Origin: Planctomycetota bacterium
GTDB lineage: Bacteria; Planctomycetota; UBA8108; SXIK01
Length of the DNA stretch: 64,000 nucleotides
Direction of reading: 5' to 3'
Assembly: GCA_965223265.1 (NCBI GenBank)
Contig: OZ244999.1
Location: 2,592,001 to 2,656,000 of the forward strand
Positions 21,534 through 32,842 of the stretch are shown in pieces. Within the stretch, counting starts at the first letter, position 1; the number at the start of each line of letters is the position of its first letter. The position numbers and the translations under genes are program-made. The notes under the pieces are model-generated. The model was not told the DNA's origin, did not search any database, and worked only from the letters and a program-made list of their open reading frames with translations.

Positions 21534-24500
21534 ATGAAGTTTCAACCACTTAGCGTTGTCGGGGTGTGCTGGGTCGCAGCCTGTTGGACCATCGTCTCGT
21601 GGAGCTCTGGGGCCTGCAGTGCCGGCGAGAGTGCTGCCCAGAATCCAAACGAGATCGGTTTCGTGGAGGAGTTCGCTCTTGCCGAGGACCGCGCCAAGGC
21701 GCTGGAACAGCTCACCCCGGGCACGCGCGACTACTACTATTATCACGCCCTACACCTCCAGAACAGCGGCCAGCTCGACGAGGTCGATCGTTTGCTCGAG
21801 ACGTGGATCAAGCGCTACAAGCGTACTGGGCGCGTCGTCGAAATTGAGAGCCGTCAAGCTTTGCTTCGTTACCCAGAAGACCCGGAGGGGGCCTTGGCCT
21901 ACCTACGTCGTCAACTCAATCTGCGCTTCGATCACCAACGCGAAGTTGAGGACAAAAAGCGCCAGCTGCCGACAACGCTCGATCAAGGACTGATCAGCCG
22001 CGAGACGTTGACGCGGCGAGCACTCGCCGGCCATCGCGGCACGCTCGACGGCTTCGAGACGCGTGCCTTGGAGTGGACCGCGAGCCGTGGGCTGTCACCA
22101 CAGCGGCGACGTGATTTGCTGTCGCGACTCCAGCGTCCTGATCTTGACGGCCTTCCTCGACTTGTCGTCGACGACCTGAACCAGCGCGGCAGCCGCGGTT
22201 TCGGTGCGCACGGGATCCATCGTGCGCTTCTTCAGAGCCAGCTCGAGGAGTGTGTGCGGCTGAAGCCTGAGCTGCTCAACGACGCCAGGTTCGTCGGCGT
22301 CTATCTGACGAAGCTACGTCCGAAGCCGGATCTCAACTGGCGGCAGGATCCCGGCGTGCGAGAGGCGTATTTCGATCGGTTGTGGGAGTTCGTCTCGCGC
22401 CTGAGCGAAGGTCACAACTCGCTCAAGGCGAACGTGCTCTATCACCGGCTCATTCACGACCGCAGTCAAGGCGAATACAACAAGGGGCGATTCTTGACCT
22501 ATTTGCGGCTGCCGCGCCACGCGCCCTACGTCAACCCACGGTACCTGAAGGCACGGGAACACCGAGGTCACGGCGCCGACCTGAGTGCGGACTTTCGTCA
22601 AGCGTCGCTTTTGCCGCCGATTGGTAGTGATGAACCGCTGGTGCGGAGTTTTCTCGAGCACTTTTTCCTCACCGACGACAACTACCGTGAGTACGCCCAG
22701 TATCTGCGCGACGACTACGTCAAGCGCCGCTTCGCTGAGACGAAGATTCTCGCCGGCATAGGGGACATGGAAAAGTGGTACTCCATGGTGCCGCCAGGGG
22801 ATCTGCAGCGCCTCAGGGAGCGCGTCGATCTCGATTTTGCGTACACGAAGAAGTCAGTTTTCGATCCGGACGCGCAGGTGTCGTTCGATCTTTACGTCAA
22901 GAACGTCTCGACTCTGATCGTCAAGGTGTTCGAGATCAATACGCTCAACTATTACCGCTCGAGACGCAGCGAGGTCGACACCGCGATCGACCTCGACGGA
23001 CTGGTGGCGAATACCGAAGAGACTTTTACGTACCGCGAGCCGCCACTTCGACGTATTAGGCGGCACTTCGAGTTTCCGAGCTTGGGTCGCCGCGGTACGT
23101 ACGTGATCGAGTTCATCGGCAACGGCAAAAGCAGTCGTGCGCTCGTGCGGCGTGGGCGACTAACCTTTCTGGAGCGAAGCAGCGAAGCGGGACATATCTT
23201 CACGATTCTCGACGAGTCGAATCGCCCTTTACCGAACGCGCGACTGCTCCTCGGTGGGCAAGAGTACGCGGCGGGAAAAGACGGTGAGGTTGTCGTGCCG
23301 TACTCGAACGAGCCGGGTAGACGCCCGATCGTTCTCGTCGACGATGGCTTCGCATCCCTGCATCACTTTGAGCACAAGTCAGAGGCGTATCGGCTCGAGG
23401 CGGGCATCTACGTCGATCGCGAGGCGCTGATTCGTCGCGGCGAGGCAACCGTGGTCGTACGACCTTCCCTGACCCTCAATGAAACCCCTGTCACGCTTTC
23501 GGTTCTTGAAGATGTCAAGCTAATGGTCTCCTCGACGGACCACGACGGCATCAGTTCGCAAACGGAGGTCAAAGATTTTAAGCTGTTTGAGGACCGTGAA
23601 TCGTCGTTTACGTTTCAGGTGCCGGATCGCCTGGCGCTGGTACAGCTTCGACTCGAGGCCCGAGTCGAGAACGTCAGCGCGAGCGAGCGTGAAACGCTCA
23701 CCGTGGAAAAGAGCTTCGCCCTCAACGGGATCGACACGACGAAGAACATTGACGCGCTTCACCTCGGCTTCGTCGAGGGAGAATACGTACTTGACCTCCT
23801 CGGCAAGTCGGGGGAGGTTAAGGCGCATCACGCCGTCTCGATCACCGTGAAGCACCACGACTTTCGCGACCCGCTCGTCGTCGCCCTTGAGACCGACGCT
23901 GACGGCCGTGTCCAGCTCGGAGAGCTACGTGGCATTGAGTGGGTCGCCGCCGAGGGGCCGGACGGCCAAGATCGACGTTGGCGTCTTAGCAGTGACCAGA
24001 GCCTTGTCCCGACGACGATCCACGGTGTTGCTGGCGAGACCGTGCTCGTGCCGTATATGGGGCCAGCGACGCGTCCTCAGCCGGCCGAGTTTTCTCTCCT
24101 CGAAGTGAGAGATGGGACGTTCGTGAGCGATCACTTCGCGGCGCTCTCACTCGGTGACGGGTTCTTGCGACTGCGTGGGCTTTCTGCTGGCGATTATGAT
24201 CTTCTCCTCAAGGGGAGCGGACAGCGGACTTCGATTAGGCTGACGAAGGGGAAAGTAGAGCATGGCTATGTTTTGTCTCCGTACCGTCGATTGTCTATAC
24301 GAAGGCAACAGCCGCTGCAGATCTCGAACGTCGACGTCACCGCCAACAAACTCAACGTTCGACTCCAGAATGCGACGCGCTACGCGCGTGTCCACGTGGT
24401 GGCGACTCGCTATATCCCAGACTATAGAATCTTTGATTCTCTTGGTGCGGTTTCACTTGCACCCGTGCAGGGCTCCGTCGTCTTCAGGCCGGAGACGCAG

Positions 24501-27500
24501 TACGTCACAGCGCGCGACATCGGTGACGAGTATCGCTACGTACTGGAGCGCCAGCATGCCACCAAGTTTCCGGGAAACCTGCTTGCTCGGCCGAGTCTGC
24601 TCCTCAGTCCTTGGGATCTTCGCTCGACTCAGACCGGGGTGCAAATGGGAGTGGAGGGAGAATCTCTCCGGCGCGAGGCTGTGCCAGCATCGGAAGCCGC
24701 GGTAGCGAGCACCGACGCGTTGGCCTCTGCCGCTCGTTCGCAAACGGAAGCGTACGTCAATCTCGATTTTTTGGGCGAACCGACTGCTGTCATCGAGAAT
24801 CTACGCGTCGGGGAAGACGGCGTCATCAGCGTGCCACGCGAGAAACTCGGAAGCGGGCAGCATATTCACATCATCGCTATCGACCCTGAAAACACGATCT
24901 ATCGTCACGTCTCGGTGAGTGAGAACGACGCGAGTTTTAGGGATTTGCGGCTGGCGAACCACCTGGATCCCGAGAAACACTTCACCGAACAGAAACTGAT
25001 CAGCGTCATCGAAAAGGGTGTCGAATTCACTCTCAGTGACATCACCACGTCAGATTTCGAAATCTACGACAGTCTCGCGAGGATTCATTCCCTCTTCACG
25101 ACTCTGACGAGCAACTCAACGTTGGTGGAGTTTTCCTTTCTGCTTCGGTGGCCGGAGCTCACGGACGACGAGAAAAGCGATCTCTATAGCCGCTACGCCT
25201 GCCACGAGCTGAATTTCTTTCTCTTCAAGAAAGATCCGGAGTTCTTCTCGACGGTCGTCCTGCCCAATCTTCGTAACAAGTATCACAAGACGTTTCTCGA
25301 CGAGTGGTTGATTGGCAGCGAACTGGAGGACTATCTGCAGCCCTGGGCTTACAGCCAGCTCAACATCGTCGAGCGGATTCTGTTGGCGCAGCGCATCGCA
25401 GCGGAGCGCGAACACGCACAGCGCCATGTTGAAGATCTGTACGATCTCGTGATTCCCGATGCCGGCCAACTAGAGCGTTTCTTCGACACGGGTATTCTCG
25501 GTCGAGCGCTTGACGTCGGCGGTGGCCTCGGAGTTGACGAGGTGAGAGAGGCACTGGGGAAGCAAAGAAGGCTGAAATCGAGGCTGGGGATGATGCGGCG
25601 GAGAGGGGCGCTTCAGGACGACGCAGTTGAAATGGAGGAGGAAAACCAGGAGGCGGGCGACCATGATCACGGCCACGAGCACGATGCGCCTGCCGCAGCT
25701 GCCCCTCAACAGGCAGAGGCGGCCGGGTTCTTCCAGAAACGCCTCGCGGGACGCGAGGTGTTGCGACAGCTCTACCGTAAACTCGACCAGACGCGTGAAT
25801 GGGCGGAGAACAACTACTACCGCCTACCGATCGAGCGGCAGAATGCCGAGCTCGTCACAGTCAACGCTTTCTGGCGTGACTTCGCTCGCCACACTGAGGG
25901 GACCCCATTCTTCTCAAGCCACTTCGCTGAAGCTTCGCGAAATTTCACCGAAATGATGTTCGCCCTCTCGGTTCTGGATCTCCCTTTCAAAGCTGGGGAG
26001 CACAAAACGGAAATCGCCGACGCAAGCTTCCAGCTCGATGCTGCAAGCCCTCTCGTGGTGTTTCACAAGCAGATCAAGGCAGCGGAACTGGCGGGTGAGC
26101 AGTCGCCCATTCTTGTGAGTCAGAATTTCTACCGCAATGGTGCTCGCTATCGCCATGAGGGCGGAGAGCGTGTCGATAACTACATCAGCGACGAGTTCCT
26201 GGTTCATACTGTCTATGGTGGCCACATCGTGGTCACCAATCCAACCTCCTCACGCCAGAAGCTGAACGTCCTACTGCAGATTCCGCGCGGTTCGCTACCT
26301 CTTTCGGCAGGAAGGCAGACTCGAAGCATCTCGATCGACCTGAAGCCCTACCGTACGTGGACTCACGACTACTTCTTCTACTTTCCCGCTGCAGGCGACT
26401 ACCCGCACTATCCGGTTCACATCGCCAAGGACGAAAAGCTCGTTGGTTTCGCTGCGCCGATGCAGTTTCGTGTACGCGAGCAACCGAGCCAGATCGATCG
26501 AGGGTCGTGGGACTACGTTTCCCAGCACGGCACCGAGTCGGAAGTCCTTGCCTTCCTCGAGGCGCACAATCTTGGACGGGTCCAGCTGGAACGCATTGCG
26601 TGGCGCATGCGTGACGCAGACCTTCACGCCAAAGTGCTATCGCACCTCCGCCAACGACATGTCTACAACGATGTTCTGTGGTCATATGGCCTCATGCATC
26701 GCCGACCGGCCGTGATTCGCGAGTTTCTCAGCCACTCGACAGCCTTCATTGGGCGAGTTGGTCGCGCCATCCAGTGCCAGCTCCTGAGCCTCGACCCTGT
26801 TGAACGCAAGACGTATCAGCACATGGAGTACTTGCCGCTGGTGAACGCACGCGCGCATCGGCTCGGCAGGTCTCGGACGATCCTTAACGATCGTTTTCAC
26901 CAGCAGTACGTGAACTACATGGCGGTCTTGTGCTATCGCCCAAAGCTGGGAGACGAGGATCTGCTCGGAGTTACATACTACCTCCTACTGCAGGATCGCA
27001 TAGAGGAAGCCGTTGCGTTCTTCTCCAGAGTCCGACCTCAGCGTCTGGCCGCCAAGATGCAGTACGATCTTGTCGACGCTTACCTCGGGTTATCCACCGA
27101 CAACTTGCGCCGGGCGCGTTCGGTCTGCGACCGATATCTCGACTATCCGGTCGAGCGTTGGCGTCAGCTGTTCACCGCCGTCAATACGCAGCTCGATGAG
27201 ATCGAGACGGGGCGAGCGGCCGAAGTTGTGGACGATAAGAGTCGAAGCCAACAGCAGACTCACCTGGCGGTAACCGAAGCGAGCTTTGAGTTCCAGGTGG
27301 AGGCGAAGCAGATCGAGCTCCGTTCTCAGAATCTTTCAAAGTGTACGATCAACTTCTACCTGATGGATCTCGAGCTTCTCTTCTCTCGCAGTCCATTCGT
27401 ACAGCAGAACTCGGATCGATTCTCGTACGTACGGCCCAACTTGACCCAGCAGAAGGAGCTGGACCCATCCAATCCCAACCATACCTTTCTCCTGCCGGAC

Positions 27501-27851
27501 CGCTTCCACAGCGCGAACGTCCTCGTCGAAGTCGTCGCCGGCGGTGTGCGGAAGACACAGGCCTACTTTGCCAATGCCCTCAACCTACAGATGGTCGAGA
27601 ACTACGCCCATCTGAAGGTCGTAGAGGAGGACTCCGGACGACCACTCGCCAAAGTCTACGTCAAGGTCTTCGCTCGCATGCGAGACGGAAGTGTTCGTTT
27701 CTACAAGGACGGTTACACCGACCTTCGTGGCCGGTTCGACTATGGCTCGCTGAGCACGGGCGAGATCAACAATGTCGATAAGTTCGCGCTCCTCGTTTTG
27801 AGCGAGGAGAGAGGAGCCGTCGTCAGAGAAGCCTCGCCGCCGCAGCTATAG
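21534..27851 (+). CDS. Very large (2105 aa) secreted conserved hypothetical protein; helical N-terminus plus Ig/macroglobulin-like beta domains
   Basis: Uninterrupted 6.3-kb ORF with signal peptide; YVIEFIGNGKSSRALVRRG; C-terminal YVKVFARMRDGSVRFYKDGYTDLRGRFDY. Confidence 0.8.
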   Translation: MKFQPLSVVGVCWVAACWTIVSWSSGACSAGESAAQNPNEIGFVEEFALAEDRAKALEQLTPGTRDYYYYHALHLQNSGQLDEVDRLLETWIKRYKRTGRVVEIESRQALLRYPEDPEGALAYLRRQLNLRFDHQREVEDKKRQLPTTLDQGLISRETLTRRALAGHRGTLDGFETRALEWTASRGLSPQRRRDLLSRLQRPDLDGLPRLVVDDLNQRGSRGFGAHGIHRALLQSQLEECVRLKPELLNDARFVGVYLTKLRPKPDLNWRQDPGVREAYFDRLWEFVSRLSEGHNSLKANVLYHRLIHDRSQGEYNKGRFLTYLRLPRHAPYVNPRYLKAREHRGHGADLSADFRQASLLPPIGSDEPLVRSFLEHFFLTDDNYREYAQYLRDDYVKRRFAETKILAGIGDMEKWYSMVPPGDLQRLRERVDLDFAYTKKSVFDPDAQVSFDLYVKNVSTLIVKVFEINTLNYYRSRRSEVDTAIDLDGLVANTEETFTYREPPLRRIRRHFEFPSLGRRGTYVIEFIGNGKSSRALVRRGRLTFLERSSEAGHIFTILDESNRPLPNARLLLGGQEYAAGKDGEVVVPYSNEPGRRPIVLVDDGFASLHHFEHKSEAYRLEAGIYVDREALIRRGEATVVVRPSLTLNETPVTLSVLEDVKLMVSSTDHDGISSQTEVKDFKLFEDRESSFTFQVPDRLALVQLRLEARVENVSASERETLTVEKSFALNGIDTTKNIDALHLGFVEGEYVLDLLGKSGEVKAHHAVSITVKHHDFRDPLVVALETDADGRVQLGELRGIEWVAAEGPDGQDRRWRLSSDQSLVPTTIHGVAGETVLVPYMGPATRPQPAEFSLLEVRDGTFVSDHFAALSLGDGFLRLRGLSAGDYDLLLKGSGQRTSIRLTKGKVEHGYVLSPYRRLSIRRQQPLQISNVDVTANKLNVRLQNATRYARVHVVATRYIPDYRIFDSLGAVSLAPVQGSVVFRPETQYVTARDIGDEYRYVLERQHATKFPGNLLARPSLLLSPWDLRSTQTGVQMGVEGESLRREAVPASEAAVASTDALASAARSQTEAYVNLDFLGEPTAVIENLRVGEDGVISVPREKLGSGQHIHIIAIDPENTIYRHVSVSENDASFRDLRLANHLDPEKHFTEQKLISVIEKGVEFTLSDITTSDFEIYDSLARIHSLFTTLTSNSTLVEFSFLLRWPELTDDEKSDLYSRYACHELNFFLFKKDPEFFSTVVLPNLRNKYHKTFLDEWLIGSELEDYLQPWAYSQLNIVERILLAQRIAAEREHAQRHVEDLYDLVIPDAGQLERFFDTGILGRALDVGGGLGVDEVREALGKQRRLKSRLGMMRRRGALQDDAVEMEEENQEAGDHDHGHEHDAPAAAAPQQAEAAGFFQKRLAGREVLRQLYRKLDQTREWAENNYYRLPIERQNAELVTVNAFWRDFARHTEGTPFFSSHFAEASRNFTEMMFALSVLDLPFKAGEHKTEIADASFQLDAASPLVVFHKQIKAAELAGEQSPILVSQNFYRNGARYRHEGGERVDNYISDEFLVHTVYGGHIVVTNPTSSRQKLNVLLQIPRGSLPLSAGRQTRSISIDLKPYRTWTHDYFFYFPAAGDYPHYPVHIAKDEKLVGFAAPMQFRVREQPSQIDRGSWDYVSQHGTESEVLAFLEAHNLGRVQLERIAWRMRDADLHAKVLSHLRQRHVYNDVLWSYGLMHRRPAVIREFLSHSTAFIGRVGRAIQCQLLSLDPVERKTYQHMEYLPLVNARAHRLGRSRTILNDRFHQQYVNYMAVLCYRPKLGDEDLLGVTYYLLLQDRIEEAVAFFSRVRPQRLAAKMQYDLVDAYLGLSTDNLRRARSVCDRYLDYPVERWRQLFTAVNTQLDEIETGRAAEVVDDKSRSQQQTHLAVTEASFEFQVEAKQIELRSQNLSKCTINFYLMDLELLFSRSPFVQQNSDRFSYVRPNLTQQKELDPSNPNHTFLLPDRFHSANVLVEVVAGGVRKTQAYFANALNLQMVENYAHLKVVEEDSGRPLAKVYVKVFARMRDGSVRFYKDGYTDLRGRFDYGSLSTGEINNVDKFALLVLSEERGAVVREASPPQL

Positions 27852-28180
27852 GTTTGCGGCATATGGTCCTTTCGACGTCGAACCGCCGACTGCCGAAGCT
27901 CGCAAACGTACGACCAACAGAGACGACGACCTCAACAACTGGAAGGCCGGCGGCAAGAGACGCATGAGTGACGTTACTGTGAAGTACGCTTCGCGTTGGC
28001 GCCGCGTCTCGGGTGCGAATACTCACTCACCGTCCACCGTTGCTGCTCGCCATTTTTTGCAGGCACGGGCTCTGAATCTACGACGATTTCCTTCGCTTTC
28101 GTTTGAGGCACTCCCCACACTGGGGATGCTGGGGGGTGGCTAGGTGAACGCCTGAACACTTCCAGCCGGCTCACTCGGAG

Positions 28181-31180
28181 GTGCTCGTGCGGATTCTAGG
28201 TTACAGGCTCGTCGTTGGTACTGTGCTCGGGCTCGCACCGGCGCCTCTTGCCGCGCAGATCGTGATCAACGAAGTTCTCGCCGACAGTCGCCTCGCAAGC
28301 CTCGACGTCGATGGCGACGACTCCGACTGGGTCGAACTCTACAATGCCGGGCCTGTGTCGATCGACTTGGCTGGTTACGCACTCAGCGATGATTTACGCC
28401 AACCGCGCAAATGGATTTTCCCCGGAGCCACCATTGAGCCCGGCGGCTACCGCCTGATTTGGTGTTCGGGTAAGGACCGCGTGCAGCCGGCGACCTCCGT
28501 GCTCGAGGGGCTGACGGAGCCAATCGACTTCGAGCATGTCCTCGTGCCGTTGGACGCCGAATGGCGCTACCTCATCGGATCACCCGATGATGGCGCTCCT
28601 CCAGCGGGCTGGAACGAGCCTGGTTTCGACGATTCAGCGTGGAGCTCGGGACAGGCTGGGTTTGGGTTCGGGGACGACGATGATGAAACCGTTTTACCGC
28701 GGGATATCGGCGCGGTGTTCTTGCGACAGAGCTTCCAGGTCGACGATTTGACCGCGCTCGACAATCTCGTCCTCGACGTCTGTTATGACGATGGCTTTGT
28801 TGCTTACATTAACGGCGAGCGAGTTCTCTCTGCGAATTTCCCTGCGGATGAGGAGCCGACATTCGGCAGCTTGGCAGCCGAAAACATCGAATGCCGCGCG
28901 CCGGAGCGCTTCGACTTGTCGAGCGCACGCGAGTTCGTACAGAGCGGCGCGAACGTGTTGGCTATGGTTCTGGTCAATCGCAGCGTGACGAACAACGACT
29001 TATCGTTGGTTCCGCAACTCGGAGTCGCGCCGACGGTGCTCCATACTAATTTCAGGCTTAGTAGCTCCGGCGAAGATCTGGTGCTCACGGATTCCAGCGG
29101 TCAAACGATCGATCAAGTGGCGCTGCCGGAGCAAACCGAGGATCATTCGTTCGGGCGCTTTCCGAATGGGCTGGGAAGTTTCTTTTATTCACCCTTTCCG
29201 ACGCCACTAGCGAGCAACGACGCCCGCACCGCGGCTCGGGCGATCGTTGAGGAGCCGCTCTTCATACCGCCGAGCGGCAAGTACACTGAGCCGCTCGCCG
29301 TTACTCTGGACCTCGATCTTGACCTCGCCGGCGCGGAGATCCACTACACACTGGATGGTACCCGCCCAACGCTTGAGAGTTCGCTATACACCGGACCGAT
29401 CCTTGTGAGCGAAGACACCGTGATTCGCGCTGCAGGCTATCTCGATGGCACGCTGATCACGCGCTGCGCGTCGCACAGCTACTTCCTCAGTTCGATGGCC
29501 CACACGTTCTCGCTACCGATCTTTTCGGTGTCGATGGCCCCCGACGACTTTGAGTTTGTGCACTTGGCGCAGGATCGTCGTGGGCCTCTGTTCGAACGCC
29601 CCGGCTACCTGGAGATCATGGACGCGGGCGGAGTTCGCGTCGTCGGCACTGGATTCGGCATTCGTCTCCATGGTGGTGTCGGGCGTGAAGGAGATCTCGA
29701 CACAAAAAAAGCGTACCGCGCGTACTTTCGCCGCGAATATGGTGACGAGCGACTCCGCTACCGCGTCATTCCGGACACCGAAGTCGAGGAGTTCGACAAA
29801 CTCGTTCTGCGCTCCAACTTCAATGATTCCTTTCGTGGTAGTGGTGGGTTTATCCGCGATCAACTGACGCGTGACCTTCACAAGCAGATGGGCGGTACGA
29901 TCTCACACGGATCTTGGTATCACCTCTTCGTCAACATGGAGTACCGCGGCGTTTACAACGTTGTCGAGCGGATGGATCGAATCTTTTTCGAGTCACACTT
30001 TTCGGACGACCCCGCCGAGTGGGATGTGATCAAGAGAAGTCGAGACGACGAGGCGCTCGACGGTGACACTGCGGCGTGGAACACACTTGGGAGATTCTTC
30101 CGCGACAATGACGTAGTTGATGACGCCACTCTGGAGGAAGGGCTTGAACTGATCGATAACGACGTCTTCGTGTCATACATGATTCTCAATATCTGGGCGC
30201 GCAATCATGACTGGCCGCAGCAGAACTGGTTCGCCGCACGGCCGCGCCGCGCTGATGGGCGCTGGCTTTTTCTCGTGTGGGACGCGGAGCTGGGAGTGAG
30301 CGGAGCGGAAACGGACTCTTTCGCACGCCTATTCGAAGGCTCGCGTTCACGCATTCAGGACGTCTTCATGGCTCTGATGAGGAATTCGCACTACCAACAG
30401 TTCTTTTTGGCCGAAATGGAGCGACACCTTGAAGGCGTTCTCGCGCCAGACAACGTCATCGCTCACATTCGACGTTTGAGTGCACGCATCGAGAACGACC
30501 TGCGTTTTGATGCGGCGCTCGCTGGGCGCACCGACACGGTCTTTCGCACCCAGGTTCAGGAGATGGAGACGTTCGCGCGTCGGCGCCCGGCGTTTTTGCG
30601 CGCCATGGTCATCAACTCCGAGTTCTTGAACCCTCGCGTGCTGGAGGTGATTCCGGATCGAGTCGAGTTGGATGGGGCGGGCCCTGTCGAGGTCACCCTA
30701 CGTGGTCACAGCTTTAGCGAGTTCACCAAGGTGTTCTTCGCGGGTGTGCCAGCACCACATGTGGAGCTTGTATCGGTGGTGGAGATGAAGGTCCAGGTGC
30801 CGTTCAGCGTCGGCGTCCAAGGCTTTCCAGCGATCACCACCAGCAGTTCGCGGGGTGGCACCTTCACCGCTGAGAGATTGCTCGAGGTTGTCCTATCTGA
30901 AACGCCGCTGCGCCGCGGCGATGCAAACGGCGACGGTGCTCTCAACGTCAGCGACGCCGTCGCTATCATTCTCGCGGTCGCCGGCGGAGTAGGTCCTCCG
31001 TCCTGCGCCGATGCCCTAGACGTGGACGACTCGGGAGGCGTGGATCTCACCGACGCGATCGCACTCCTCGGCTATCTTTTCGGTGACTCGGGAGCACCGC
31101 CAGCCGCACCGCATCCTGGCTGCGGCGTCGATGCCTCACCGGACGCGCTGGGTTGTACGACCGGGGCGGATTGTCGCTAA
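28181..31180 (+). CDS. Secreted CotH kinase-like protein with lamin-tail, Fn3-associated, IPT and dockerin-like domains
   Basis: GGAG/GTG start; signal peptide; IVINEVLAD...DWVELYN; IHYTLDGTRP; YRGVYNVVERMD, HDWPQQNW, LVWDAE; RRGDANGDGALNVSDAV. Confidence 0.87.
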   Translation: MLVRILGYRLVVGTVLGLAPAPLAAQIVINEVLADSRLASLDVDGDDSDWVELYNAGPVSIDLAGYALSDDLRQPRKWIFPGATIEPGGYRLIWCSGKDRVQPATSVLEGLTEPIDFEHVLVPLDAEWRYLIGSPDDGAPPAGWNEPGFDDSAWSSGQAGFGFGDDDDETVLPRDIGAVFLRQSFQVDDLTALDNLVLDVCYDDGFVAYINGERVLSANFPADEEPTFGSLAAENIECRAPERFDLSSAREFVQSGANVLAMVLVNRSVTNNDLSLVPQLGVAPTVLHTNFRLSSSGEDLVLTDSSGQTIDQVALPEQTEDHSFGRFPNGLGSFFYSPFPTPLASNDARTAARAIVEEPLFIPPSGKYTEPLAVTLDLDLDLAGAEIHYTLDGTRPTLESSLYTGPILVSEDTVIRAAGYLDGTLITRCASHSYFLSSMAHTFSLPIFSVSMAPDDFEFVHLAQDRRGPLFERPGYLEIMDAGGVRVVGTGFGIRLHGGVGREGDLDTKKAYRAYFRREYGDERLRYRVIPDTEVEEFDKLVLRSNFNDSFRGSGGFIRDQLTRDLHKQMGGTISHGSWYHLFVNMEYRGVYNVVERMDRIFFESHFSDDPAEWDVIKRSRDDEALDGDTAAWNTLGRFFRDNDVVDDATLEEGLELIDNDVFVSYMILNIWARNHDWPQQNWFAARPRRADGRWLFLVWDAELGVSGAETDSFARLFEGSRSRIQDVFMALMRNSHYQQFFLAEMERHLEGVLAPDNVIAHIRRLSARIENDLRFDAALAGRTDTVFRTQVQEMETFARRRPAFLRAMVINSEFLNPRVLEVIPDRVELDGAGPVEVTLRGHSFSEFTKVFFAGVPAPHVELVSVVEMKVQVPFSVGVQGFPAITTSSSRGGTFTAERLLEVVLSETPLRRGDANGDGALNVSDAVAIILAVAGGVGPPSCADALDVDDSGGVDLTDAIALLGYLFGDSGAPPAAPHPGCGVDASPDALGCTTGADCR

Positions 31181-31213
31181 CGTTAGCAACAGGTCGCCGA
31201 CTCGAGGCAAAGG

Positions 31214-32662
31214 CTAAACGAGCTCCGCGATCGGGCGTCGGTTGTCGACGAGGAAGTGCGGTCGGCCGCTAAGGTCGGTGAGAGTCGTGCGCGCTACATC
31301 GATCCCCATGTTGTGGTAGAGCGTCGCGAACACTTCTCGAAAGTGCACCGGCCGCTCGGTGACATACTCACCGAGGTGATTCGTCGCACCGATCACCTGC
31401 CCTGTGCGCATGCCACCGCCAGCCAGGAGGACGTTACCAACCTGCGGCCAATGATCACGCCCAGCGTTCTGGTTGATCCTCGGCGTCCTCCCGAATTCAC
31501 CCCAGACAACGACCGAGACATCGTCGAGGAGCCCACGGCTGTCGAGGTCCTCGACAAGCGCGCTGACGCCTTGGTCGAGAAATGGCAGAGCACCGCGCGC
31601 TTCCTTGAAGTTGTTGGAGTGCCAGTCCCAGTTGTAACGCCCCTGGAGCATGCGACCGAGTGGGTAACGGCTGAAGACGACTGTCACGCAGCGCGCACCG
31701 GCTTCGATGACGCGGCGCGCGAGGAGGAATTGTTCGAGAAGCTTTGGACCGCCGAACTCTGGATCGCCGCGGCCAGGTACGCCGTAGCGGGCGCGGACGC
31801 GGGAATCCTCACGGTCGAGGTCGAGAGCTTCAGCGAGTCGAGACGACGTCAGAATGCCGAGCGCTCGCTCGACGAACGCGTCCATTCCCTTCATTGTCCC
31901 GTCGGTATCGATCCCGCGCCGGAACTGATCGAAACTTTTCAGGAGCCGGCTGCGTTCGGCGATACGATTCGGACTCACCCCATTGAGAACGAAGTCGTCG
32001 CGCGCCTCCTCATTGGGTTCTAGCGCGGCGTGTGCCATGCCAAGATATCCCGTCTGGCCTGGTGCCGCCCGGGTGATGTCAATTGCGCCCTCAGGCGCCA
32101 GACTGATCGAGGCCGGGATCGTGTCACTCGACGTCCCCTGCAGTCGAGAGATCGCCGCGCTGATCGACGGCCAGCCGCCTTCCGGATAGCCCGGAACGCG
32201 TGGGGAGTCGCGCATTGCGGGGTGGCTCTCCCATCCGGTCAAGCACTGGTGCAGGTTGTGCTGATCGATGGCGCCGACGAGCGAACGGACGATCGCGAGC
32301 TTGTCCATGATGCGGGCCATGCGTGGCATGAGCTCGCAAATCTCGATCCCGTCCACGTTCGTCGGGATCGGCCGAAACTCACCACGCACCTCACGCGGAG
32401 CCGTCGGCTTGAGGTCGTACATGTCGAGGTGGGGCGGGCCACCCGGCAGAAGGATCATGATGATCCCTTTCTGCTTGCGTCCTGCGCCCGGCTTCGACGT
32501 GCCGTCAGCTGCCGCCTCGGCACGCAGTAATTGAGGCAGGGACAAGCCGCCGAAGCCCAGGCTGCCGATCCGCAGAAAGCTGCGGCGACTCAGGCTTAAG
32601 GGGCGCCGTCGCGGATCTCGTGGTGTCGCTTCTTCTGCTCGACGGTCGACCAAATGGAGCAC
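31214..32662 (-). CDS. DUF1501 family protein
   Basis: SRRSFLRIGSLGFGGLSLPQLL; LPGGPPHLDMYDLKP; WDWH; VWGEFGRTPRIN..GRDHWP. Confidence 0.9.
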   Translation of the reverse strand: MLHLVDRRAEEATPRDPRRRPLSLSRRSFLRIGSLGFGGLSLPQLLRAEAAADGTSKPGAGRKQKGIIMILLPGGPPHLDMYDLKPTAPREVRGEFRPIPTNVDGIEICELMPRMARIMDKLAIVRSLVGAIDQHNLHQCLTGWESHPAMRDSPRVPGYPEGGWPSISAAISRLQGTSSDTIPASISLAPEGAIDITRAAPGQTGYLGMAHAALEPNEEARDDFVLNGVSPNRIAERSRLLKSFDQFRRGIDTDGTMKGMDAFVERALGILTSSRLAEALDLDREDSRVRARYGVPGRGDPEFGGPKLLEQFLLARRVIEAGARCVTVVFSRYPLGRMLQGRYNWDWHSNNFKEARGALPFLDQGVSALVEDLDSRGLLDDVSVVVWGEFGRTPRINQNAGRDHWPQVGNVLLAGGGMRTGQVIGATNHLGEYVTERPVHFREVFATLYHNMGIDVARTTLTDLSGRPHFLVDNRRPIAELV

Positions 32663-32842
32663 GTGAGCGTCTCCCTAGCGAACGAAGGCTTTCGAAAAAA
32701 TAGAATGCAGGGCCGGCCGCGTGCCGCGCGGCGCTCACCGTCAGGAATGGTGCCATAGTAGCTTAGATCTATCGTGTCGACAACTGCCGCCGTTTGATCC
32801 TGAGCAATTCCTCGTGGCGCAGGATCGCACTTGAGGTCGTGG

